NCBI GenBank assembly: GCA_965601735.1
Contig: OZ271840.1
Location: forward strand, 1,348,473-1,412,472
Length of the DNA stretch: 64,000 nt
Direction: 5' to 3'
DNA from: Alphaproteobacteria bacterium
GTDB lineage: Bacteria > Pseudomonadota > Alphaproteobacteria > JBBDQX01
The notes beneath the pieces are model-generated. The model had not been told where the DNA came from. It did not search any database and saw nothing but the letters and a program-made list of their open reading frames with translations. Position numbers and translations under genes: made by a program. Position 1 is the first letter of the stretch; the number at the start of each line of letters is the position of its first letter. Below, in pieces: positions 49,159-62,817 of the stretch.

Positions 49159-50380
49159 TGATGTCGATATAGGCGTGGGTCAGGTCGCAGGTCCACACGG
49201 TCGCCGCGCCGCGCCCCACGCCCACATCGACGGCGATGTCGATGGCCTCGCCCTTCATGTGGGCGGCCACCGGCGCCTCGTCATAGTCGGGCACCGCGAG
49301 TCCGCCACGCGCGATGGGGATGCCGCCGATGTCGATGGCGACGCGCCCGGCGTCGATCTTCTCCGCCGCCTTGCCGATGGCCATGGTGATGCGGCCCCAG
49401 TTGGCGTCCTCGCCGGCGATGGCGGTCTTGACCAGCGGCGAGTTGGCGATGGTCAGCCCGATGGCCCGCGCCGCCTGGCGCGAGACCGCGCCGCGCACCG
49501 TGACCGAGACGAATTTGGTCGCGCCCTCGCCATCGCGCACCACCTGATGCGCCAGGTCCATGAGCACCCTGCCCAGCGCCTCGCGGAAGCCGCGCAGCCG
49601 CGGATCGCCGGCCTGGGTCACCGGCTTGTGCCGCGGCCCCTTGCCGGTGGCGAACAGCAGCACCGTGTCGCTGGTCGAGGTGTCGCTGTCCACCGTGATG
49701 CTGTTGAAGCTGTCGTCGACGCCGCGCTTCAGGCAGCTCTGCAGCACCCGCGGCGGCAGGGCGGCGTCGGTGAAGACGAATGCCAGCATGGTGCCCATGT
49801 TGGGCGCGATCATGCCCGAGCCCTTGGCGATGCCGGTGATGGTCACCGTCTTGCCGTCGATCTCGGCGGTCGCCGACGCCCCCTTGGGAAAGGTGTCGGT
49901 GGTCATGATCGTCTCGGCCGCCGCCTTCCAGCCGCCCGGCTTCAGGGCGGCGCGCAGCTTCGGCAGATTGTTGGTGATGCGATCATCGGCGAGGAACTCG
50001 CCGATCACCCCGGTGGACGCCTGATAGACCTCGGCTGCCGGGACCTTCGCCGCCTTCGCCGTGGCCCTGGCGACCCGGGCGCAGGCGGCGTGGCCTTCCG
50101 CGCCGGTCGCCGCGTTGGCGTTGCCGGCGTTGACCACCAGGGCACGGGCCTTGCTGCGGGCGATGTTGGCCCGGCACCAGTCGACCGGGGCGGACGCCGT
50201 CTGGCTGCGGGTGAACACCCCGGCCACCGTGGTGCCGGCGGCCACCTCCGCATACAGCACGTCGCGCCGGCCCTTGTAGCGCACCGCGCAGGCGCGGGTG
50301 GCCAGCGTCACCCCCTTTACCGGGGGCAGCGTCGGAAACCGCTTTGGCGCGAGTGGCGAGACCTTGGTCTTCGGTGGCAT
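49139..50380 (-). CDS. argJ: bifunctional glutamate N-acetyltransferase / amino-acid acetyltransferase
   Basis: Full-length ArgJ homology, including the autocleavage site ATML (TMLAFVFTDA). Confidence 0.9.
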   Translation of the reverse strand: MPPKTKVSPLAPKRFPTLPPVKGVTLATRACAVRYKGRRDVLYAEVAAGTTVAGVFTRSQTASAPVDWCRANIARSKARALVVNAGNANAATGAEGHAACARVARATAKAAKVPAAEVYQASTGVIGEFLADDRITNNLPKLRAALKPGGWKAAAETIMTTDTFPKGASATAEIDGKTVTITGIAKGSGMIAPNMGTMLAFVFTDAALPPRVLQSCLKRGVDDSFNSITVDSDTSTSDTVLLFATGKGPRHKPVTQAGDPRLRGFREALGRVLMDLAHQVVRDGEGATKFVSVTVRGAVSRQAARAIGLTIANSPLVKTAIAGEDANWGRITMAIGKAAEKIDAGRVAIDIGGIPIARGGLAVPDYDEAPVAAHMKGEAIDIAVDVGVGRGAATVWTCDLTHAYIDINADYRS

Positions 50381-50390
50381 GGCAACGTGC

Positions 50391-51275
50391 CTAGCGGGGC
50401 TGTGGCGCCTGCAGCAGCGCCGGGTCGAGCGGCTTGATGTCGACCTTGGCGGCGTTGCGCAGCTCGCCGATGATCGCGCCCACCGCCTGCTGCGACAGCT
50501 CGGCGCGCAACTGCTCGCGCACCGCGTCGAAGGGCGGCGGTTCGGCGGTGCGCCGGTCGGTGACCTGGATGATGTGCCAGCCGAACTGGGTCTTTACCGG
50601 CACCCGGGTGTACTCGCCGGTCTTGAGGCCGAAGGCGGCGGCCTCGAAGGCCGGCACCATCTGGCCGCGGGCGAAGAAGCCGAGATCGCCGTCCTGACGC
50701 GCCGACGGGCCAGTGGAATGCTCGCGCGCCATCTCGCCGAAGTTGGCGCCGCCGGACAGCCGCTCGACCATCTGGCGCGCCTCGGCCTCGGTCTTGAGCA
50801 GGATGTGGCTCGCCTTGATCTCCGACTGCGGCGGGTTCTCCTTGATGAACGCTTCGTAGCGCGCACGCAGGGCACTGTCGGTGACCGTCTGCTCGATGCG
50901 CCGGGTCAGCCAGACCTCCTGCATCAGCCGGCCGGCGATCTCGGTTAGCCGTTCGGCGACCTCCGGATCGTCGCCGAGGCCGTCCGCCTCCGCCTTGGCC
51001 AGCACCAGCCGGCCGTTGACTGCCTGCTCGATCAGCGGTTCCAGCAGCGCCGAGAGCGGCACGTTGTCATACGACTCCGGCAGGGTCGCGCGCAGCGCGA
51101 GGATTTCCTGCAGGCGGATTTCCTCGCCGTCCACGGTCGCCACCACCGGGTCGTCGGCGGCCGGGGTCTGGGCGGCGGCGGGAAGCGGGGCGGCGGCCAG
51201 GCCCAGCGCCACGGCGCCGGCGAGGATGCCGGTTCGGACGCCCGAAAGCGGGCCAAGAATGATGCGCGGCTGCAT
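50391..51275 (-). CDS. periplasmic PpiC/parvulin-type peptidyl-prolyl isomerase (SurA-like)
   Basis: Signal peptide. Parvulin domain (ASHILL...GGDLGFF...FGWHIIQV). ATG at 51275 with AGGAGA SD. Confidence 0.8.
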   Translation of the reverse strand: MQPRIILGPLSGVRTGILAGAVALGLAAAPLPAAAQTPAADDPVVATVDGEEIRLQEILALRATLPESYDNVPLSALLEPLIEQAVNGRLVLAKAEADGLGDDPEVAERLTEIAGRLMQEVWLTRRIEQTVTDSALRARYEAFIKENPPQSEIKASHILLKTEAEARQMVERLSGGANFGEMAREHSTGPSARQDGDLGFFARGQMVPAFEAAAFGLKTGEYTRVPVKTQFGWHIIQVTDRRTAEPPPFDAVREQLRAELSQQAVGAIIGELRNAAKVDIKPLDPALLQAPQPR

Positions 51276-51435
51276 CGCGGTCTCCTGGTTCAAGGGGCCG
51301 GCCCACGCGTCGCGGGCCGGACAGGCCGGCCACAATGATGGAGAAGCGCGCCCACGGCAACCGGTTCGGCGCGGCTAACGGGGAGAGTATGGGGGGCCCG
51401 CGGTCACAGGCCCCCCATCTCGCGGCAGAACGGCG

Positions 51436-52344
51436 CTACACGAGCGCGTCCACGGAGACCTCGCCCACCTTTCCCAGGCCCCCGGAGGAGCGCCCGGACG
51501 CGGGTAGGCCCGCCGTAGCACCGTCCACCGAACCGGGTGAAACAAGCGGTGCCGCCAGGTCGAAACGTACCGAGCCGCGGTCGTCGGGCGACGCCGCGGG
51601 CCGGAAATCCGTCAGCAGCATGACCGACGCGAGGTCACGCAGCGGGTTGTCGTCGCCAAGTCCGTCGAGCAGCGCGGCGCGCTGCTTGTCCGCTGCCGGC
51701 GTGAGGTAAAGGCCGGCGTCCGCATCGAGCAGGTCCACCACATCGCCACCGAGGCCGAGGCCGAGGCCGCCGACCGCCGCGCCGACGGTGCGGGTGGCTT
51801 CGAGCGAAACCTCGGTCACCGACAGGGTGAGCGTGCCGTCCCTGCCGTCGACATCGATCTCAACGGAACGGTAAAGCAGCGAGACGCTCTCGCGCGTCGC
51901 GCTGCTTTCACGGTCCGAGGTCAGCTCGGTGAAGCGGGCATCGAAGGTTTGCGGCGGCGATACCGATTGCAGCATCGCCTGGGCCGCCTTCTCGGCAAGC
52001 GCCTGGGCCTGGGATGCCGAGTAGCCCATCATGGTGAACAGGGCGGTCAGGTCCGTCTCGATACGGGCGCGGGCCTTGGCCATCGCGGCGTCGAAGGCCT
52101 GGGTCGTGCCGGTCTCGGCCGCCGCCACGGTGCCGGCGGTGATTTCCGTAAAGGCAACACTTGCTTTGCGGGTCAGATTCACGACCACTGGCGCGGAGTC
52201 ATCCGGCTGCTTGTCAACCGGCGCCTTCTGCGTGCGCTCGACCGCAGGAACCCTGGGATTGAGGGTGCCGGTGCCGGTGCCGCGTACAGGCGCCGGCAGC
52301 AAACCGCCGGGCCGTTGCGCAAGATCAACAATGGAGCCGTCCAT
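51436..52344 (-). CDS. hypothetical protein (302 aa), no recognisable domain
   Basis: ATG at 52344 with AGGAGGAGG SD. No signal peptide or TM. GC3 is noticeably lower than in neighbouring genes. Divergent from secA. Confidence 0.45.
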   Translation of the reverse strand: MDGSIVDLAQRPGGLLPAPVRGTGTGTLNPRVPAVERTQKAPVDKQPDDSAPVVVNLTRKASVAFTEITAGTVAAAETGTTQAFDAAMAKARARIETDLTALFTMMGYSASQAQALAEKAAQAMLQSVSPPQTFDARFTELTSDRESSATRESVSLLYRSVEIDVDGRDGTLTLSVTEVSLEATRTVGAAVGGLGLGLGGDVVDLLDADAGLYLTPAADKQRAALLDGLGDDNPLRDLASVMLLTDFRPAASPDDRGSVRFDLAAPLVSPGSVDGATAGLPASGRSSGGLGKVGEVSVDALV

Positions 52345-52568
52345 AACGACCTCCTCCTGAGCGGCAGGTCTGGCTTCCGATCCCGGCGTGACGGCCGTCT
52401 TCCTGAACGGCGGTCGGTGAGGCGCGGGTTCGCTTGGCCAAAGTCTGCCGAAAGCTACTTGCTTTCCGGGGCTACTTGCCCCATGGGCGGTACGGTGGCA
52501 CGGGTCGTCAAAATTGTAAAGCCCAAAGATTCGCGCGCCTGCGGGGCCGCCGCCGCCCGCCCGCGCCG

Positions 52569-52597
52569 TTGACACTGCCCGAAGCCGCCTCTATCTG
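52569..52597 (+). promoter_or_regulatory. sigma70-like promoter for secA: TTGACA-N17-TATCTG
   Basis: Seen in the sequence ~55 nt upstream of the secA GTG. Consensus -35 and a weak -10. Confidence 0.35.
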
Positions 52598-52652
52598 TCC
52601 CTGACGGGCCGGCCTCGGCGCCGGCTTCCAGCAACCACATCGGTGTCCTGCC

Positions 52653-55415
<2,763 letters not shown>

Positions 55416-55669
55416 CGGCGCCGGTCCCCGACTTATCAGGACGTCCGCGCCCGAAAGTTAAAGCCCGCGCCACTCGGGTAAGTGACGCGGGCTGGGGAGA
55501 GGGTGCTGTATGCTTCGGGTGGTACCGAAGTGCGACCGGTTGTGCGCCGGACGCACAGGCATAACACCATGCCGGGCCCGCGAACTCTGTGACCGGCGTC
55601 ACAGGGTGGCGAAAAATCTCAAAAAAATTCGCGAAAAAGTTATAACGCCTTTGATATCAAGCGGTTGAG

Positions 55670-56623
55670 TCAGGCGGTGGCCTGTCCCATGGCGAGATAT
55701 TTCTCTTCCCGGCGCTGCCGCAGGGCCCCACCCTCGACGCTGGTCAGCGCGCCCAGGGCGTCGGCGACCGCGTCGGCGACCCGGGTGATGGCCAGCGCCG
55801 GGTCCCGGTGGGCACCGCCGAGCGGCTCCTCGATCACCGCGTCGATCACCTTCTGCTCCGCCAGGTCCTGGGCGGTGAGCTTGAGCGCCTCCGCCGCTTG
55901 TTGGGCATGGGCGGCGTCGCGCCACAGGATCGAGGCGCAGCCCTCCGGCGAGATCACCGAATAGACCGCATGTTCCAGCATCAGCACCCGGTCGGCGGCC
56001 GCGATAGCGACCGCGCCGCCGGAGCCGCCCTCGCCGATCACCGTGGCGACCAACGGCACGCGGACATCGAGGCAGGTCTCGATGGAGCGCGCAATCGCCT
56101 CCGCCTGGCCGCGCTGTTCCGCATCGACGCCCGGATAGGCGCCCGACGTGTCGATGAAGCTGACCACCGGCAGGCCAAAGCGCTCGGCCAGCCGCATCAG
56201 CCGCTGCGCCTTGCGGTAGCCTTCGGGCCGGGCCATGCCGAAATTGTGGTGCAGCCGTGATTCGGTATCGGAGCCCTTCTCCTGGCCAATCACGACACAG
56301 GCGTAGCCGCGCACCCGGCCAAGCCCGCCGATCACCGCCGCGTCTTCACCGAAGCGGCGGTCACCGGCCAGCGGCGTGAAGTCCTCGACCATCCCCGCCA
56401 GGTAGTCAGTGAACTGGGGCCGCTCGGGGTGTCGCGCGACCTGCGTCTTCTGCCACGGCGTCAGCTTGGCGTATGTCTGGGTCAGCAGCCGCTCGACCTT
56501 GGCCTGCAGCTTTGTGACCTCTTCGGCGATATCGACGCCGGGGCCGTCCTGCAGGTGGCGCAGTTCCTTGATCTTGCCTTCCAGTTCGGCGATCGGTTTT
56601 TCGAAGTCGAGGAAATGCTGCAT
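55670..56623 (-). CDS. accA: acetyl-CoA carboxylase carboxyltransferase subunit alpha
   Basis: [18 protein letters not shown]... AccA N-terminus and CT domain (GGSGGA). ATG at 56623. Confidence 0.9.
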   Translation of the reverse strand: MQHFLDFEKPIAELEGKIKELRHLQDGPGVDIAEEVTKLQAKVERLLTQTYAKLTPWQKTQVARHPERPQFTDYLAGMVEDFTPLAGDRRFGEDAAVIGGLGRVRGYACVVIGQEKGSDTESRLHHNFGMARPEGYRKAQRLMRLAERFGLPVVSFIDTSGAYPGVDAEQRGQAEAIARSIETCLDVRVPLVATVIGEGGSGGAVAIAAADRVLMLEHAVYSVISPEGCASILWRDAAHAQQAAEALKLTAQDLAEQKVIDAVIEEPLGGAHRDPALAITRVADAVADALGALTSVEGGALRQRREEKYLAMGQATA

Positions 56624-56690
56624 TGGAATCCTGTACCCGCCGGGAGCGGCGTTGGCGGACCTTGCCGCGCCCGCGCGCCCTTTGCAACCG

Positions 56691-57605
56691 TCAGCCGCCG
56701 CCCTCGCCGCCGCCAAGCCCCGTCGCCAGCGGGTGATGCTGCTCGACCAGCCGGCGCAGCCGGGCCTCCAGCACATGGGTGTAGATCTGGGTGGTGGCGA
56801 TGTCGGCATGGCCGAGCATCTGCTGCACACTGCGCAGGTCCGCGCCGTTGGCCAGCAGATGGGTGGCGAACGAATGCCGCAGCACGTGCGGCGAGACCCG
56901 CGCCGGATCGATCCCGGCCTCAATCGCCAGCTCGTTGAGCAACTGACCGAAACGCCGCCGGGTGAGGTGGCCGCTGCGCCCGCGCGACGGGAACAGCCAG
57001 GGCGCGCCATCGTTGCCGCGCACCGCAACCCATTCGGCGATGGCGTCGCGGGCCGCATCGGTCAGTGGCACCATGCGCTCTTTGCCGCCCTTGCCGCGCA
57101 CCATCAGGAAGGCCGGGTCGCGGGCGACTGCCGCCAGCGGCAGGCCGACCAACTCAGAGACCCGCAGGCCGGCCGCGTAAAGCACTTCCAGCAGGCATAC
57201 CAGGCGCGCGCCCTCAGCCCCGCGCCGGGCACGGGCGACGGCAAGCAGGCCGTCGACTTCCGCTTCGCTGAGATATTTTGGCAGCGGGCGGCCCAGGCGC
57301 GGCGTCTCGATCAGCCGTGTGGGATCGTCCTCGCGCAGTCCCTCGGCCTGCAGGAAGCGGAAGAACTGGCGCAGCGCCGACAGCCGCCGCGCCATGGTGC
57401 GCGGCGCCATGCCATCACGGCCGAGCGCCGCCATGAAATCGCGCACCAGCCGGTCATCCGCCTGGGCCCCGTCCGCGCCGCGCGCTCCGGCGAAGGCGGC
57501 GAAGCCATCCAGGTCACGGCGATAGGCAGCGACCGTATTGGCCGCCGCGCCGCGTTCCGCCAGTAGCATCTCCAGGAAGGCGTCGATATGCCGGTCCACG
57601 GCCAT
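56691..57605 (-). CDS. xerD: tyrosine site-specific recombinase XerD
   Basis: Catalytic R...K...HxxR...Y residues ([23 protein letters not shown]). Core-type Xer N-terminal domain. Chromosomal housekeeping context. Confidence 0.85.
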   Translation of the reverse strand: MAVDRHIDAFLEMLLAERGAAANTVAAYRRDLDGFAAFAGARGADGAQADDRLVRDFMAALGRDGMAPRTMARRLSALRQFFRFLQAEGLREDDPTRLIETPRLGRPLPKYLSEAEVDGLLAVARARRGAEGARLVCLLEVLYAAGLRVSELVGLPLAAVARDPAFLMVRGKGGKERMVPLTDAARDAIAEWVAVRGNDGAPWLFPSRGRSGHLTRRRFGQLLNELAIEAGIDPARVSPHVLRHSFATHLLANGADLRSVQQMLGHADIATTQIYTHVLEARLRRLVEQHHPLATGLGGGEGGG

Positions 57606-57608
57606 GGC

Positions 57609-59495
57609 CTAGAGCCCGCCCCCGAGCGCGGCCTCCAGCGCCGCTGCGGCTGCCTCGTCTGCCAGGCCAATGGCCGACAGGGCGGCAAGCCCGCGCGCAA
57701 AGGCCATCGGTGGCGGGGTTTCGCCGCCGGCCAGCAGCAGGGCCAGCAACACCGTCTCGCCGACATGGCCCTTATCGCGCGCCAGGGCGACACGGTGCCA
57801 GGCCGCGACGGGCATCGCCGCGGGCGCTGCCTGCGCTGTCAATGGGGCCGCGCGCCAAAGGTCTGCCGGTTCCGCCCTGCCCAAAGCGTCGAGCAGGGCG
57901 AACAGCCCGGCCACTGCCGACGCATCTTGCTTCGCCGCGGCCCAGGCGCGGGCCGCGGCGGTGGCCGGCGGTGCAGTCGGATCGGCGAGCTGCCGCGCCA
58001 ACATCAGCCCGGGCCGGTCCGCCGGGCGGTCCGCTTCCGGTGGATCGGCGATGGCGATCCAGTCGTCGGCGCCCGGCAGGTCGCCGTTGAGCAGCGCCAG
58101 GCGCGCCGCCGCCGGCGCGAACCACGACAGTTCGGGTGCTGGCGTCATGTCGCTGGCCAGCGGCGCCAGCAGCCGCGCCACGACCGGCAGGTCGCCGCTG
58201 CCGTCCGCCTGCCGCATCGCCGTCAGCATCGCTTCGGCCCGAGCGGCCTTCACCGTCTGGCTCTCGGCGGCACGGTAGAGCAACGCCAGCGCCTCGGCGG
58301 GCGGCAGTTCGGCGGCGCGGCTGATCGGGCGCGCCAGATCGTCTTCGGTCAACGGATAGGTGGCAAACAGGCTGGCCAGCGCGTCGCTATCGAGAGCGCC
58401 CATGGCAGCCGCCCGCATGCCCGCGGCGAGGCGGTCCGCCGGCGCCCCCGGCCCGCTGGTGGCCAGGCTGGCAAGCACCGCCGGGGCGGCGATTTCCAGC
58501 ACTGTGGCCGGCGGCGCAGCGCCCGCGGTGCGCATCGCCGCCAGGTGCAGCGGCGTCAGGCTGGCCGGTGTGACGGCCTCGTCCACGGCCACGGGCGCGG
58601 CAGCCGGGTCGCCGATGCGGCCGATCAGCGCCGCGAAATACGGATCCGTCAGTCCTTCGTCGCGCAGCAGAGTGAGGCCAAAGGCAGATGCCGCCGTCTG
58701 TCCCGACCGCGCCTGGCACAGGATGGCGGCGCGGCGCAGCGGCGGGGTGGGATGGCGTTCCAGCTCCTGGCTGGTCAGGGCGCAAGCGTCGTCCAGTGTG
58801 TTCGCCAGCAGCATCAGGTCGATGCGCAGGGCGATCAGCGCCGCATCCATGCGGCCCTGGGGTACCGTATCGAGAAGCCGCCGCGCGTCGTCCACCGCGC
58901 CCATGGCCATCAGCGCATCGAGCCGCAGTTGCAGCAGGCCAGGTGCGTCGGGCGCGCCGTTGGGACCGGCGGCCGGGGCCGGGGCGGCGGTCAGCAGCAG
59001 TCGCTGTGCAATGCCGCGCAGGGCCGCGTTGCGGTAGCGTCCCGGCATGTCCGCCAGCAGGGCGCGGACCTGGGCGCGGTCGACGCCGTCCCACAGGTCG
59101 GGGCCGAAGCCGCCGGCATCGGCACTGAGCACGCCCAGTGAATCCGGGTCGACCGCGCCCAGCGCGTCGCTAGCAACCGGGAGCGGCAGCAGCCCGTTAC
59201 CCGCCGGGGCGGCGGTTTCCGGTGCTGGCTCGGGGTTGGGTTCGGGGGCCGGCGTTGCGCGTTGCGGGATCAGCCGCCGCGGGACCAGGCGCTGTGGCGC
59301 GGCTTGGGGTGCCGGCGCCGGGGCCGCTTCCGCAGGCGCGGCGGGCGCCGGGGGGGCGGCCGGCTCCAGCGGCTCCAGCGGCACTGGCGCGACCGGCTGC
59401 AGGCCCGCCGCCGGCGCCTGGGCGCTGGCCGCCGGGGCCGCGAGCAGCCACAGCAGCGCCGCCGCCGCGGCCCGGCTAGCGCGGGAAGCGGTCAT
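57609..59495 (-). CDS. secreted hypothetical protein: signal peptide, Pro/Ala-rich linker, Ala/Leu-rich helical repeat domain (628 aa)
   Basis: [26 protein letters not shown] signal peptide. PLEPLEP and PAPAAP repeats. ATG at 59495 verified. The track ORF to 59582 is over-extended. Confidence 0.55.
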   Translation of the reverse strand: MTASRASRAAAAALLWLLAAPAASAQAPAAGLQPVAPVPLEPLEPAAPPAPAAPAEAAPAPAPQAAPQRLVPRRLIPQRATPAPEPNPEPAPETAAPAGNGLLPLPVASDALGAVDPDSLGVLSADAGGFGPDLWDGVDRAQVRALLADMPGRYRNAALRGIAQRLLLTAAPAPAAGPNGAPDAPGLLQLRLDALMAMGAVDDARRLLDTVPQGRMDAALIALRIDLMLLANTLDDACALTSQELERHPTPPLRRAAILCQARSGQTAASAFGLTLLRDEGLTDPYFAALIGRIGDPAAAPVAVDEAVTPASLTPLHLAAMRTAGAAPPATVLEIAAPAVLASLATSGPGAPADRLAAGMRAAAMGALDSDALASLFATYPLTEDDLARPISRAAELPPAEALALLYRAAESQTVKAARAEAMLTAMRQADGSGDLPVVARLLAPLASDMTPAPELSWFAPAAARLALLNGDLPGADDWIAIADPPEADRPADRPGLMLARQLADPTAPPATAAARAWAAAKQDASAVAGLFALLDALGRAEPADLWRAAPLTAQAAPAAMPVAAWHRVALARDKGHVGETVLLALLLAGGETPPPMAFARGLAALSAIGLADEAAAAALEAALGGGL

Positions 59496-59616
59496 CCGGA
59501 ATCGCCGTCTCGATGGTGCGGGTGGGGGCCGGGATGTCCCAAGACGCCAGCATGACGCCGCCGCCCAGCACGGCCAGCGCAACGACGATCAAAACCAGTC
59601 GGACGATACCGTTCAT
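59476..59616 (-). CDS. candidate 46-aa single-TM micro-protein ([46 protein letters not shown])
   Basis: Translated by hand; below the track size cutoff. ATG at 59616. One hydrophobic helix. Overlaps the start of the downstream gene by ~20 nt. Confidence 0.3.
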   Translation of the reverse strand: MNGIVRLVLIVVALAVLGGGVMLASWDIPAPTRTIETAIPDDRFPR

Positions 59617-59829
59617 GCCCCTTGCCCGTTCTCCCCTGTGCGCCGCTGTGAATTCCCGGTCCCGGCCGGACCGCGCGGCATCGCCGGCGAGGCTGCGACA
59701 CTGGCGGGAAATTGTGGTAGCTTTCGGGCGTTTTCCAGGGTCGGCAGTCTATCGGGCCGGCCCTGTCCTTTCAACGCCAGGCACGCCCGGCAGGGCCGCG
59801 CGGCCCGAGCCGCCGACGTGACAGCATCC

Positions 59830-60369
59830 GTGCAAAGAAGCATCGTTCTGGTGGGTTTGATGGGCGCCGGGAAATCCAGCATGGGCCGGCGGCTCGCCGC
59901 TGCCCTGGGCCTGCCCTTCTTGGATGCGGACACCGAAATCGAGCGCGCCGCGGGGTGTGCGATCCCCGAGATCTTTGAGCGCTTCGGCGAACCGGCGTTC
60001 CGGGACGGTGAGCGCGGCGTGATACGCCGGCTGCTCGACGGGCCGGCCTGCGTGCTGGCAACCGGCGGCGGCGCCTTCATGGACCCGGAGACTCGGGCGC
60101 GCATCGCGGAGCACGGCGTCTCGGTCTGGCTGCGCGCCGACCTCGACGTGCTGGTCAAGCGCACGGCCGGGCGCGACGACCGGCCGCTGCTCAACACCGA
60201 TGATCCGCGCGCGGTGCTGCGGCGTCTCATGGATGAGCGCTACCCTGTCTATGCCGAGGCCGACATCACCGTCGACACCGGCGACGAACCGCCCGAAGCA
60301 GTGCTGCAACGGCTGCTCGACGCGCTCGAAGACCACGGCGGCGCGGCGGGCAAGGAGGAGAAGGCATGA
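59830..60369 (+). CDS. aroK: shikimate kinase
   Basis: P-loop GLMGAGKSS, DxD and LID motifs. GTG start at 59830 (alternative 59818). The first ATG would truncate the P-loop. Confidence 0.8.
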   Translation: MQRSIVLVGLMGAGKSSMGRRLAAALGLPFLDADTEIERAAGCAIPEIFERFGEPAFRDGERGVIRRLLDGPACVLATGGGAFMDPETRARIAEHGVSVWLRADLDVLVKRTAGRDDRPLLNTDDPRAVLRRLMDERYPVYAEADITVDTGDEPPEAVLQRLLDALEDHGGAAGKEEKA

Positions 60370-61478
60370 GCGAAGACGGTATGCTGCGCGTCGCCCTGGG
60401 CGAACGCAGCTACGATATCGCCGTCGGCGAGGGTCTGATTGGCCGCGCCGGTGCGCTGATGCGCCCGGTCCTGCGCCAGGACCGGGTCTATGTGGTGGCC
60501 GACGACAACCTCGCTGCCACTCACCTGCCGGCGCTGGAGGCGGGCCTGCGTGCCGGTGGCGTCGAGCCGGTCACGTTCACGGTACCGGCGGGCGAGGCGA
60601 GCAAGGACGTCGCCACCTTCGCGGAGCTGGTTGATCGGCTGCTCGGCGCCGGGGTGGACCGTAACGCCACCGTCGTCGCCTTCGGCGGCGGGGTTGTCGG
60701 CGACCTCGCCGGGTTCGCCGCCGCCGCCACCCTGCGCGGTCTTGACTACATCCAGGTGCCGACCAGCTTGCTGGCCCAGGTCGACAGTTCGGTCGGCGGC
60801 AAGACCGGCATCAACAGCCGCCACGGCAAGAACCTGATCGGCGCCTTCCACCAGCCGCGCCTGGTGCTGGCCGACATCGCCGTGCTCGACAGTCTGCCGC
60901 CGCGCGAGCTGCGCGCCGGCTATGCCGAGGTGGTAAAGTACGGCCTGCTCGGCGACGCGGACTTCTTCGCCTGGCTGGAGGACAACGGCGCGGCGCTGCT
61001 CGCCGGTGACCGGGCCGCGCGCCGCCATGCGGTGCTGGAAAGCTGCGCCGCCAAGGCGCGCATCGTCGCCGAGGACGAGACCGAATCGAGTGGCCGGCGT
61101 GCCCTGCTCAACCTCGGTCACACTTTTGGCCACGCGCTGGAGGCCGAGGCCGGCTACGACGGCACCCTGCTGCACGGCGAGGCGGTGGCCATCGGCATGG
61201 TGATGGCCTTCGATTTCTCGGTGCAGCTCGGCTTGTGCCCGGCGGACGATGCGGCGCGGACACGACGCCACATCGCCGAGGCCGGGCTGCCGGTATCGGC
61301 TGCCGCGGTGTCCGGCCTGGCCGCCGACCCGGACACCCTGATCGGCCATATGCGCCACGACAAGAAGGCGCGCGACGGCCGCCTCGCCTTCGTGCTGGCA
61401 CGCGCGCTGGGCGACGCCTATCTCGACACCGGGGTCGACGAGGCGGCGCTGCGCGATTTCCTGGCCGCGGCCGCCTGA
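60366..61478 (+). CDS. aroB: 3-dehydroquinate synthase
   Basis: Full-length AroB ([25 protein letters not shown]). ATGA overlap with aroK. Confidence 0.9.
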   Translation: MSEDGMLRVALGERSYDIAVGEGLIGRAGALMRPVLRQDRVYVVADDNLAATHLPALEAGLRAGGVEPVTFTVPAGEASKDVATFAELVDRLLGAGVDRNATVVAFGGGVVGDLAGFAAAATLRGLDYIQVPTSLLAQVDSSVGGKTGINSRHGKNLIGAFHQPRLVLADIAVLDSLPPRELRAGYAEVVKYGLLGDADFFAWLEDNGAALLAGDRAARRHAVLESCAAKARIVAEDETESSGRRALLNLGHTFGHALEAEAGYDGTLLHGEAVAIGMVMAFDFSVQLGLCPADDAARTRRHIAEAGLPVSAAAVSGLAADPDTLIGHMRHDKKARDGRLAFVLARALGDAYLDTGVDEAALRDFLAAAA

Positions 61479-61526
61479 TTCCTTGACCCTTTCCCTTCAA
61501 CCGACCGCCAACGCGGATACACCGCC

Positions 61527-62810
61527 ATGTTGATGACCCTTACCGCCATCGCCGTCCTGATCCTGCTGTCAGGCTTCTTCTCTGGCTCGGAGACGGCGCT
61601 CACCGCGGCCTCCGAGCCGGTGATGCACCAACGCGAACGCCAGGGCGACCGCCGCGCCGGGCTGGTGCTGCGGCTGCACGAAAAGCGCTCCCAGCTGATC
61701 GGTGCAATCCTCACGGGCAACAACCTGGTCAACATCCTCGCCTCGGCGATGGCCACGGGCCTCGCGATCCAGCTGTTCGGCGAGATCGGCGTGTTCTACG
61801 CCACCGCGGTGATGACCGTGATCGTGGTGCTGTTCGCGGAGGTGCTGCCCAAGGTCGTCGCCCTGCACAACGCCAACAGCGTCTCGCTGCTGGTGGCGCC
61901 GGCAATCAACGTGATCGTCAAGCTGCTGTCGCCGGTGAACAGGGCGATGGAGGCGGTCCTCAATGGTGTGCTGTGGATTTTCGGCGCGAAAATGACCGAC
62001 GGCGACCGCGATGCGCTGGCCGAGGAACATCTGCGCGGCGCCATCGACCTGCATGGCGAGGACGAAGCCAGCGAGGGTGACGAGCGCGCGATGCTGCACT
62101 CCATCCTCGACCTGGCCGATGTGGAGGTGGGCGAGATCATGATCCACCGCCGCAGCATGGTGACCATCGACGCCGACCTGCCGCCGGAGACCATCGTCGA
62201 CCTGGTGCTGGAAAGCCCCTACACCCGCCTGCCGGTGTGGCAGGGCGACCCGGACAATGTCATCGGCGTGCTCCATGCCAAGGCACTCTTGCGCGAGGTG
62301 CGGCGCCTCGGCGACGACCTCACCGAGCTGTCGATCGCTGAGCTCGCGTCCAAGCCCTGGTTTATCCCCGACGCCACCACCTTGTCCGACCAGCTTCAGG
62401 CGTTCCGCTCGCGCCATGAGCATTTCGCCCTGGTGGTCGATGAGTATGGCAGCCTGATGGGCATTGTGACGCTCGAGGACATCCTCGAGGAGATCGTCGG
62501 CGACATTTCCGATGAGCATGACATCTCGGTCGCTGGTGTGCGCCCGGTAGGCCGGCACACCTACGTCATCGACGGCAGCGTCACCATCCGAGACCTCAAT
62601 CGCCAGTTCGACTGGCAATTGCCCGACGAGGAGGCGTCCACCATCGCCGGGCTGGTGCTCTACGAGGCGCGGCGCATCCCTGAGCTGCACCAGGTGTTCC
62701 GCTTCCACGGTCTCCGCTTCGAGGTGCTGCGCAAGCGGCGCAACCAAATCACTGCCCTACGCGTTACCGCCGCGCCCCAGGGTGCCGCTGAACCCGAACA
62801 GGAGGCCTGA
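61527..62810 (+). CDS. HlyC/CorC (CNNM) family transporter: DUF21 + CBS pair + CorC_HlyC
   Basis: 4-TM DUF21 with tandem CBS domains and a C-terminal transporter-associated domain. Confidence 0.85.
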   Translation: MLMTLTAIAVLILLSGFFSGSETALTAASEPVMHQRERQGDRRAGLVLRLHEKRSQLIGAILTGNNLVNILASAMATGLAIQLFGEIGVFYATAVMTVIVVLFAEVLPKVVALHNANSVSLLVAPAINVIVKLLSPVNRAMEAVLNGVLWIFGAKMTDGDRDALAEEHLRGAIDLHGEDEASEGDERAMLHSILDLADVEVGEIMIHRRSMVTIDADLPPETIVDLVLESPYTRLPVWQGDPDNVIGVLHAKALLREVRRLGDDLTELSIAELASKPWFIPDATTLSDQLQAFRSRHEHFALVVDEYGSLMGIVTLEDILEEIVGDISDEHDISVAGVRPVGRHTYVIDGSVTIRDLNRQFDWQLPDEEASTIAGLVLYEARRIPELHQVFRFHGLRFEVLRKRRNQITALRVTAAPQGAAEPEQEA

Positions 62811-62817
62811 GCCCACC

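Noticed and set aside
55643-55652. TTGATATCAA palindrome as a possible FNR/FixK box
   Set aside because: FNR-type sites need TTGAT-N4-ATCAA spacing, and this has zero spacer. It also lies downstream of two convergent genes rather than in a promoter. It was kept only as part of the AT-rich island finding.
56691-57605. XerD recombinase as a sign of an integrative mobile element
   Set aside because: The context is housekeeping (accA, aroK/aroB, secA). There are no flanking direct repeats, phage or conjugation genes, and no tRNA-adjacent integrase arrangement. The best explanation is the chromosomal dimer-resolution XerD.
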